NCBI GenBank assembly: GCA_965368975.1
Contig: CBDUPA010000012.1
Coordinates: 183,049 to 247,048 of the forward strand
From: an uncultured bacterium
GTDB taxonomy: Bacteria; Acidobacteriota; Thermoanaerobaculia; Multivoradales; JAHZIX01
DNA length: 64,000 nt
Direction of reading: 5' to 3'
The number at the start of each line of letters is the position of its first letter. Position 1 is the stretch's first letter. Positions 44,377 through 51,476 of this stretch are shown piece after piece. The notes under the pieces are model-generated. The model did no database searches. It was not told where the DNA came from and saw only the letters and a list, made by a program, of their open reading frames with translations. A program made the position numbers and the translations under genes.

Positions 44377-45663
44377 ATGCATATCAATCGTGACTTGCTG
44401 CTGGCCTTCTATCGAGGAGATATCCGGGCCGAGGAACTGCTCCGGCTGGCGCAGGAGCATTTGCTCTCAGTCTGTCGTCAGTGTCGCGACGAGTTCTCGG
44501 CCTTCTGTGAAGAGCTGAGCGATGAGCACGGCCCGCAGGCACAGCGAACGTCCGAGTCACCGTCGCAGGACGCAGTGCACCGGGCGCAGCAGTGGGAGCG
44601 GATGCTGGATCGGCTACCGCGGGACGTACAGCTCGACAAGGTGCACCGCGCCCGTTCCCGGTTTCGAGGTCCAGCCTTCACCTGCCTGATGTTGCAGCGC
44701 GCCCGAGCCGCGACTCCGGCAGATCCTGGAAGTGCTCTGCACTCTGCCCGTTTGGCGGAAGTCGCGATCTTCCTGGATGAACAGCACGTGCATCTACATG
44801 CTCTGGCGATCGCCTATCAAGCGAATGCACTGCGAGTCTTGGGGCGAGACGAGGAAGCCGCGCAGCTGTTTCTAGCCCTGCGCCTGTGCGCGAGCAGCGT
44901 CACCGACACGCGGACGCTCGCCGAGATCGCGAGTTTCGAAGGCTCGATGGCCATGGATCACCGCCACTTCACCGAAGCCGCGCAGCGCTTCTCGCGCGCC
45001 GTCAGTCTCTTCCACTTGCTCGGTGATGTGGAAGGTGAAGCTCGCAATCTGCTGAAACTGGGATACAACGCCTACTTCTCCGGCCGTCTTCATGCCGCTG
45101 TTCTCGCGACGCAGGAAGCCCTCGACTTGATCGTTGACGACGAGAGCTCCCTCTACTTGGCGGCGCGCCACAATCTGGGCCTGTTCTTGGTGGCTGACGG
45201 AGAAGGCGACGTTGTCGCTCAGATGCTCTGTGAGGACTTGCCGCTCTATCGGAAGTGGGCGAACGAGGCGGCGCATTGGCATACCGCCTTCTCTTGGTTG
45301 TCGGGCAAGGTGGCTTTTGTACGCGGGAACCTGGAACAAGCCGAAGCGCTGTTTCTACAGACGCGTGGTCGGTTCGATCAGGAAGGTAACGAGTACGACG
45401 AGGCTCTTGTGGGGCTGGATCTGCTGCGAGTGTACTTGGTGCAGGGTCGTTTCGAGGACGTGGGGGACTTGGCGGAGTCTCTGTTGGTCGTCTTCGCCCG
45501 CTACCGTTTGACGGCAGAGGCGCAAGAACCATTGGCGGTCTTCGAGGTCGCTAGCCGACAGCGGCGAGTCGGGATGCAGTTGGTGCTGAGACTGGCGTCA
45601 CACCTGGAACAGGGATGCAGAGCGAAGCAGGATGAGCCCTACCAGCCCGAGGTCTTCTGCTGA
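44377..45663 (+). CDS. Tetratricopeptide-repeat protein with an N-terminal HxxxxCxxC (zf-HC2-like) motif
   Basis: EHLLSVCRQC near the N terminus and helical repeats (AYQANALRVLG, AAQRFSRAVSLF, AARHNLGLFL, AEALFLQTR, ALVGLDL). GGAGG upstream of ATG 44377. Alternative start 44338. Confidence 0.75.
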   Translation: MHINRDLLLAFYRGDIRAEELLRLAQEHLLSVCRQCRDEFSAFCEELSDEHGPQAQRTSESPSQDAVHRAQQWERMLDRLPRDVQLDKVHRARSRFRGPAFTCLMLQRARAATPADPGSALHSARLAEVAIFLDEQHVHLHALAIAYQANALRVLGRDEEAAQLFLALRLCASSVTDTRTLAEIASFEGSMAMDHRHFTEAAQRFSRAVSLFHLLGDVEGEARNLLKLGYNAYFSGRLHAAVLATQEALDLIVDDESSLYLAARHNLGLFLVADGEGDVVAQMLCEDLPLYRKWANEAAHWHTAFSWLSGKVAFVRGNLEQAEALFLQTRGRFDQEGNEYDEALVGLDLLRVYLVQGRFEDVGDLAESLLVVFARYRLTAEAQEPLAVFEVASRQRRVGMQLVLRLASHLEQGCRAKQDEPYQPEVFC

Positions 45664-45730
45664 GAGTTGCCTTTCCCAATCCCCCGATTCCGTGATACAT
45701 CCTTCGGCAGACTCAGAAACCGGAGGAAAC

Positions 45731-46159
45731 ATGCCCCGCGACCGAGTGTTCTTGAGCTATAGCCGCGAAGATGAACAGTTCATGAAGGAAGCCCGCGTGC
45801 AATTGAAGGCGGCCGGGATCGACACGTTCATTGACCAGGAGATCCCGATCGGCGCCAAGTGGGAGGATCACATCCACACTGCCCTCACCGACGCCCGCGT
45901 CGCGTTCTTGCTGGTGAGTGCCCACTTCGTGACCTCGGATTTCATCCGTAAGGTCGAACTGCCCGCGATTCTGCCGGCGGCTGAGAGTCAGGACTTGACC
46001 ATCTTCTGGGTCCAGGTCAGCGCGACTCCGATTCCCAAAGACATCGACCGCTACCAAGCCGCGCACCGCAATCCGGCGCTCGATCAGCTGAGCAAGCCAG
46101 AGCGGAACCAGGTATGGGCGGACATCTGTAGGAAGCTCGCCCCGCTCTTCGGCCCTTAG
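45731..46159 (+). CDS. TIR domain protein (probably the frameshift-separated N terminus of the downstream kinase)
   Basis: GGAGG RBS. RVFLSYSRED, TFIDQEIPIGAKWEDHI and LLVSAHFVTSDFIRKVELP, with the catalytic Glu present. Confidence 0.85.
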   Translation: MPRDRVFLSYSREDEQFMKEARVQLKAAGIDTFIDQEIPIGAKWEDHIHTALTDARVAFLLVSAHFVTSDFIRKVELPAILPAAESQDLTIFWVQVSATPIPKDIDRYQAAHRNPALDQLSKPERNQVWADICRKLAPLFGP

Positions 46160-46344
46160 CCGCCCCGCCGTCGGACACACCCGAGACGACGGGGCCTTCT
46201 GGGTCTACCGCAGCAGAGAATCCGCCTTCCGAGCTGGAGCTGGCCTACGCGCGTCGTGAAGAGATCCTCGCCGACGGTGGCGATACGACGCAGGTCGACA
46301 CCGAGATCCTCGGCATCAAGCGAGACATCCGAGAGGGCGGCCGC

Positions 46345-48042
46345 GTGCATGCTGGCGACTTGCTGCAGGACGGGCGTTACAAGCTGTGGAACGTGATCGG
46401 CAGCGGTGGCTTTGCCACGGTGTGGCGAGCCTATGACCGGAAACGCCAGCAGCCCGTCGCGATCAAGCTTCTCCACGGCCAGTACGCCCAGGACCGTTCC
46501 CGCCGCGAGCGCTTCTTCCGCGGTGCCAAGCGGATGGCTTCGCTGCAGCATTCCGGGATCGTGAAGGTGTTGGATGAAGAACAGGTGGACGACGGCCACT
46601 ACTTCTTCGTCATGGAATACGTCGACGGGCAGGACTTGCATCGAGCCTTGCGCGATGGCCACGTCGGGCCGGAGCAAGGCCGTGAGCTGGTGCTGCAGGT
46701 GGGCGAGGCGCTGGCGTATGCGCACGAGCAGGGCATGATCCACCGCGACGTCAAGCCCGCGAACATTCTGCTGGATGCACAGGGGCGCCCGAAGCTGACG
46801 GATTTTGATCTCGTGCGAGCACAGGACACGACCGGCGGTACCCGCACGGGAGCGATCGGCACGTTCGTCTATGCCGCGCCGGAGCAGCTGGAGAACGCCA
46901 AGAACGTCGACGAGCGAGCAGATGTCTATGGGTTGGGCATGACGCTGGTGGCGTTGCTCCATGGGAAGCCGTTGCCAGCGACAGTGATGCGGAACCTCGG
47001 CAAGCTGATCGACGCGCTTGACTGCGCCAAGCATCTGCGCCGAGTGCTGCACCGGGCGGTGGACTGGGAACTGGATCAGCGCTACGAGAGCGTCGGGGAG
47101 TTCTTGCAAGCCCTGAAACCCGCACCACCCCGTCCCGACCCTCCACCGCCACCCATTCAGGTCGAGCCGGTGGCGGCAGAGCCCGAGGTCCCTCGAGGCT
47201 CGAGCATCGTGCGCCTTGCTGCCGACCAGCCGGCCGCAGGCACGCTGTGGGAGGGACCGCTCGGGATGCGTTTTCGCTACGTGCCGGCGGGGGTGTATGT
47301 CGTCGGGAGTCCGGAGGACGAGCCCGGGCGGTTCGGCTGGGAGTGGCTGCCGCACGAGGTCGAGCTGACGCGTGGCGTCTGGATGGCGGAAACACCGGTG
47401 ACGCAGGCGCAGTGGGGGCAGCTGGTGCCAGACAATCCGTCTCGTTTCTCCGACAACCGTTGGGAGCACCCGGTCGAGCGGGTGAACTGGTACGAGGCCG
47501 TGGCCTTTGCTAATCGGCTTTCCGTGGAGGCCGGACTTGAGCCCTGCTACTCGTTGAACGGGCAGAAAGGTGACCTGGGAAAGGACTTCAAGTGCGTGTC
47601 GGCCGAACTGCTGCTGCCGCTGCGCAGTGGCTTCCGGCTGCCGACGGAGGCGGAGTGGGAGATCGCTGCGCGCGCTGGGACGGCCGGGGCACGCTATGCG
47701 GAGAACCTGGACGATATCGCTTGGTACAGGGAGAACAGCGGCCAGCGGACGCATTCGGTAGGTCGCAGGCAACCCAATGCCTGGGGTCTGCACGACCTGT
47801 TGGGCAACGTCAGGGAGTGGGTGGGGGATAGATTCAGCGGCGACCAGCCAGCAACGCCGCGTGTGGATCCACAGGGTCCTGAGGACGGCCCGGCCCGCGT
47901 GTGTCGCGGTGGTTCGTGGGGCGCCCATGCGCGGTACGTCCGTGCGGCCTACCGCGACGGCGACCAGCCTGGCTACCGCTACGGCTCCCTGGGCTTCCGC
48001 CTGTCTCGAGGTCCCCAGCCAGGAGGGGCGGAGCCCCGGTAG
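46345..48042 (+). CDS. Ser/Thr kinase - FGE-sulfatase (C-lectin) protein; frame is open and homologous back to 46132
   Basis: GSGGFATVW, VAIK, HRDVKPAN, DFD and YAAPE, a Pro-rich linker, then FRLPTEAEWE, NAWGLHDLLGNVREW and RGGSW...LGFRL. Confidence 0.88.
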   Translation: MHAGDLLQDGRYKLWNVIGSGGFATVWRAYDRKRQQPVAIKLLHGQYAQDRSRRERFFRGAKRMASLQHSGIVKVLDEEQVDDGHYFFVMEYVDGQDLHRALRDGHVGPEQGRELVLQVGEALAYAHEQGMIHRDVKPANILLDAQGRPKLTDFDLVRAQDTTGGTRTGAIGTFVYAAPEQLENAKNVDERADVYGLGMTLVALLHGKPLPATVMRNLGKLIDALDCAKHLRRVLHRAVDWELDQRYESVGEFLQALKPAPPRPDPPPPPIQVEPVAAEPEVPRGSSIVRLAADQPAAGTLWEGPLGMRFRYVPAGVYVVGSPEDEPGRFGWEWLPHEVELTRGVWMAETPVTQAQWGQLVPDNPSRFSDNRWEHPVERVNWYEAVAFANRLSVEAGLEPCYSLNGQKGDLGKDFKCVSAELLLPLRSGFRLPTEAEWEIAARAGTAGARYAENLDDIAWYRENSGQRTHSVGRRQPNAWGLHDLLGNVREWVGDRFSGDQPATPRVDPQGPEDGPARVCRGGSWGAHARYVRAAYRDGDQPGYRYGSLGFRLSRGPQPGGAEPR

Positions 48043-48155
48043 AAGCGGAGCCCGGAGGGCGGAGCGCAGGGGAGGCCGGGGACGGGGACCGCAAGGAGCG
48101 GCGGCGGAGCCGCCAGCGAGTCGGAACCCGGCCAAGGCCGGGGGTGGGGGGGCGC
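47072..48155 (+). repeat. ~1.1 kb direct repeat, copy 1 (linker + FGE domain + 3' tail)
   Basis: Aligns to 50272-51366 at an offset of 3200. The first ~200 bp are identical by eye. Confidence 0.9.
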
Positions 48156-48202
48156 CGCCGAATGCTGGTACCGTGCGCTACACTTTCCACATTGTGTGCG
48201 CT

Positions 48203-48367
48203 ATGCAAGATGCTGACCGCGTCGAACCCAAGCCGCCTACCGAACTCGACGAGCACGACCGCGAACTGATCCGCTACATGCTCAGCTTGACGCCCGGCGA
48301 GCGGCTGCGCTACATCCAGAGCTTTGCCAACGGCGTCGAGAAGCTGAAGCATGCCCGTCGGGTCTGA
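48203..48367 (+). CDS. Small protein (54 aa), putative partner/antitoxin of the downstream nucleotidyltransferase
   Basis: MQDADRVEPKPPTELDEHDRELIRYMLSLTPGERLRYIQSF, carrying a D..LI...L.LTP.ERL motif. Overlaps the start of the next gene. Confidence 0.65.
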   Translation: MQDADRVEPKPPTELDEHDRELIRYMLSLTPGERLRYIQSFANGVEKLKHARRV

Positions 48368-48839
48368 CTTTCTCGACCTCCTCCGCGTGCTCGTCGACCA
48401 CGAGGTCGACTTCATTGTTGTCGGCGGGATTGCGGCTGTGTTGCACGGTTCTCCCGTCGTCACAGCGGATGTCGATGTGCTGTTCGACGCCGAGGCGGCC
48501 AACATCCGAAAGCTGAGTGCGGCACTCAGCCAGATTGACGCGCACTACTTCGATCCTGCCGGGCGGCGGATTGCGCCGGATGAGGGCAAGTTGCAGAGCT
48601 TCCGGTTGAACTTGCTACAGACCCGGCTGGGACGGCTCGACGTTTTGCGCACGATTGGACGAGAGCAGACGTATGCAGATCTCTTCGAGCGTACCGTGGA
48701 ATTTGAAGTGGACGACTTGCGCTTGCGAGTCCTCGATCTGGATGCGTTGATCGAGGTCAAGGAAGTCGCGGGGCGGGAGAAAGATCTTTACGGTTTGACT
48801 TTCTTGCGCAGCCTGCGAGACGAAGTCGACGGCGGTTAG
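48351..48839 (+). CDS. Nucleotidyltransferase (Pol-beta superfamily, DUF6036/AbiEii-like)
   Basis: FIVVGGIAAVLHGSPVVTADVDV (GG...T.D.D) and C-terminal LIEVKEVAGREKD. Confidence 0.8.
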   Translation: MPVGSDFLDLLRVLVDHEVDFIVVGGIAAVLHGSPVVTADVDVLFDAEAANIRKLSAALSQIDAHYFDPAGRRIAPDEGKLQSFRLNLLQTRLGRLDVLRTIGREQTYADLFERTVEFEVDDLRLRVLDLDALIEVKEVAGREKDLYGLTFLRSLRDEVDGG

Positions 48840-48869
48840 ATACCTCCATACCTTTTAGACGACAACACA

Positions 48870-51251
48870 ATGGCAACTACATCTTCACGGGGTGGAGCCC
48901 CGCCACGAGTCTTCATCTCGTATAGCCACGACTCCCAGGAGCATCGTGGCCGTGTGCTCGTGTTGTCGAATCGCCTGTGCGCGGACGGGGTCGACGTCCA
49001 CCTCGACCAATACGAGGTTTCGCCGCCGCAGGGTTGGCCGCAGTGGATGCTCGACCAGATCGAAGAATCTAACTTCGTCCTGGTGGTGTGTACCGAGGTG
49101 TATCACCAGCGCTTCCGAGGCAAGGGGGCGGGGCGGGGCGTCAAGTTTGAAGGCGCGGTGCTGACGCAGACGGTGTACGACGCGGATAGCCAGAATGACC
49201 GGTTTATCCCAGTTCTTTTCTCGTCGGAGGATGCGGATCACCGGCCGGTGGTGTTGCGTGGGGCGTCGTTCTACGTGCTGGACAAGGACTACGAGGCTTT
49301 GTATCGGCACTTGACCGGGCAATCGGCGACGCCGAAGCCGGAGCTGGGTACGGCGCGGGTGCTACCGCCGCGCGAGCCGCCCGAACACAGGGTGGTCGAG
49401 GATGTTGAGGAGGCAGGTGAGGAGCCACCCTCCGAGCTGGATGAGCTGAAAGCGATACGAGAAGCCTTGCGTGAGCGCGGGCGGGCTACGGCGCTGCTCG
49501 ATCACGAGATCCTGGAATGGAAGCGTGAAGAGCGGGACGGCAGTCAGCTTCATGAACGCGCCGAACTGCTCGGCCGCTACAAGCTGCGCTCGATCTTGGG
49601 GAGTGGTGGTTTTGCAACCGTATGGCGGGCTTGGGACAAAGTGGAAGGTTGCCTGGTTGCTGTCAAGGTCTTGCACGGCCAGCACCGCCAGGATAGAACC
49701 CGTCGAGACCGCTTTTTCCGTGGTGCCGCCAGGATGGCTTTGCTGGAGCATCCGGGGGTTACCAAGGTGCTGGAGCCGCAGCTAGAAGATCAAGGGCAGT
49801 GCTTCTTCGTCATGGAGTACCTGCCGGGCGGAGACCTGCGCCGAGCCGTCTTGAGCGGCGAGGTCGACGAGGCGCGTGCGGTGGAGGTGATTCGCGAAGT
49901 CGGAGAGGTCTTGGCCTATGCCCACGGTCAAGGGGTCATCCATCGGGACGTCAAACCGGCCAACATCCTGTTGACGGCGGACGGCCGGCCGAAGCTAACG
50001 GATTTCGATTTGGTGCATGCGGTCGATACGACCGGCGGTACCCGCACTGGAGCCCTTGGGACCTTTCTGTATGCTGCTCCCGAACAACTACACAGTGCCA
50101 AGGGAGCCGACGACCGGGCGGACGTCTACGGCTTGGCGATGACTCTGGCTTTCGCATTGCACGGAGATGAGCTGCCGCTGACCATTCTTCGTTCCCCCGA
50201 AATCCTTGTCCGGTCCTCGGGCTGTACTTCGATAGTGCGCGAAGCTGTGCTCAGGGGGATCGAGTGGGACTTGGATCAGCGCTACGAGAGCGTCGGGGAG
50301 TTCTTGCAAGCCCTGAAACCCGCACCACCCCGTCCCGACCCTCCACCGCCACCCATTCAGGTCGAGCCGGTGGCGGCAGAGCCCGAGGTCCCTCGAGGCT
50401 CGAGCATCGTGCGCCTTGCTGCCGACCAGCCGGCCGCAGGCACGCTGTGGGAGGGACCGCTCGGGATGCGCTTTCGCTACGTGCCGGCGGGAGTGTACGT
50501 CGTCGGGAGTCCGGAGGACGAGGCAGAGCGGTTTGACCGGGAGTGGTTGCCGCACGAGGTCGAGCTGACCCGTGGCCTCTGGATGGCGGAGACGCCAGTG
50601 ACGCAGGCACAGTGGAGCCAGTTGGTGCCCGAGAATCCGTCTCGTTTCTCCGACAATCGTTGGGAGCATCCAGTCGAGAACGTGAGCTGGTACGAAGCTG
50701 TGGCCTTTGCGAATCGGCTTTCCGAGGAGGCCGGACTCGAGCCCTGCTACTCGTTGAACGGGCAGACGGGTGAGCTGGGGAAGGACTTCGAGTGTGCGTC
50801 AGCCGAGTTGCTGCAGCCGCTGCGCAGTGGCTTCCGGTTGCCGACGGAGGCGGAGTGGGAGATCGCCGCGCGTGCTGGGACGGCTGGGGCGCGCTATGCG
50901 GAGAACTTGGATGAGATCGCTTGGTACCGAGAGAATAGCGGCAAGCGGACGCATTCGGTAGGTTGCAGGCAACCCAATGCTTGGGGTTTGCACGACATGT
51001 TGGGCAATGTCTGGGAGTGGGTGGGGGATAGATTCAGCAGCGACCAGCCAGCAACGCCGCGTGTGGATCCACAGGGTCCTGAGGACGGCCCGTCCCGCGT
51101 GTCCCGCGGTGGTTCGTGGTCCACGGACGCGCAGTACGTCCGCGCGGCGTACCGCGGCGGCGGCGAGCCTGGCTACCGCAGCGACTTCCTGGGCTTCCGC
51201 CTGTCTCGAGGTCCCCAGCCAGGCGGGGCGGAGCCCCGGAACGAGTCCTAG
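48870..51251 (+). CDS. SEFIR/TIR - Ser/Thr kinase - FGE-sulfatase (C-lectin) multidomain protein
   Basis: RVFISYSHDS, DVHLDQY, GWPQWM and GVKFEG (SEFIR). Kinase motifs GSGGFATVW, HRDVKPAN and DFD. C-terminal FGE domain. No TM. Confidence 0.92.
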   Translation: MATTSSRGGAPPRVFISYSHDSQEHRGRVLVLSNRLCADGVDVHLDQYEVSPPQGWPQWMLDQIEESNFVLVVCTEVYHQRFRGKGAGRGVKFEGAVLTQTVYDADSQNDRFIPVLFSSEDADHRPVVLRGASFYVLDKDYEALYRHLTGQSATPKPELGTARVLPPREPPEHRVVEDVEEAGEEPPSELDELKAIREALRERGRATALLDHEILEWKREERDGSQLHERAELLGRYKLRSILGSGGFATVWRAWDKVEGCLVAVKVLHGQHRQDRTRRDRFFRGAARMALLEHPGVTKVLEPQLEDQGQCFFVMEYLPGGDLRRAVLSGEVDEARAVEVIREVGEVLAYAHGQGVIHRDVKPANILLTADGRPKLTDFDLVHAVDTTGGTRTGALGTFLYAAPEQLHSAKGADDRADVYGLAMTLAFALHGDELPLTILRSPEILVRSSGCTSIVREAVLRGIEWDLDQRYESVGEFLQALKPAPPRPDPPPPPIQVEPVAAEPEVPRGSSIVRLAADQPAAGTLWEGPLGMRFRYVPAGVYVVGSPEDEAERFDREWLPHEVELTRGLWMAETPVTQAQWSQLVPENPSRFSDNRWEHPVENVSWYEAVAFANRLSEEAGLEPCYSLNGQTGELGKDFECASAELLQPLRSGFRLPTEAEWEIAARAGTAGARYAENLDEIAWYRENSGKRTHSVGCRQPNAWGLHDMLGNVWEWVGDRFSSDQPATPRVDPQGPEDGPSRVSRGGSWSTDAQYVRAAYRGGGEPGYRSDFLGFRLSRGPQPGGAEPRNES

Positions 51252-51366
51252 TGCGAAGCGGAGCCCGGAGGGCGGAGCGCAGGGGAGGCCGGGGACGGGG
51301 ACCGCAAGGAGCGGCGGCGGAGCCGCCAGCGAGTCGGGACCCATCCAAGGCCGGGGTGGGGGGCGC
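50272..51366 (+). repeat. ~1.1 kb direct repeat, copy 2
   Basis: Aligns to 47072-48155. Confidence 0.9.
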
Positions 51367-51476
51367 GCTGCAACTTCCCTCCCCCCGTCCCGTTCCTAAC
51401 CCCCAGCCGCACACCCCCCGCGATAGGCTCGCTCTCGACGGCATTCCACCGTCCTTGACGTATGAGGTACTTGGCG

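Noticed and set aside
46156-48135. 659-aa minus-strand ORF (and similarly the 844-aa plus-strand ORF 57104-59638)
   Set aside because: Antisense or off-frame shadows of the kinase-FGE and NRPS 2 genes.
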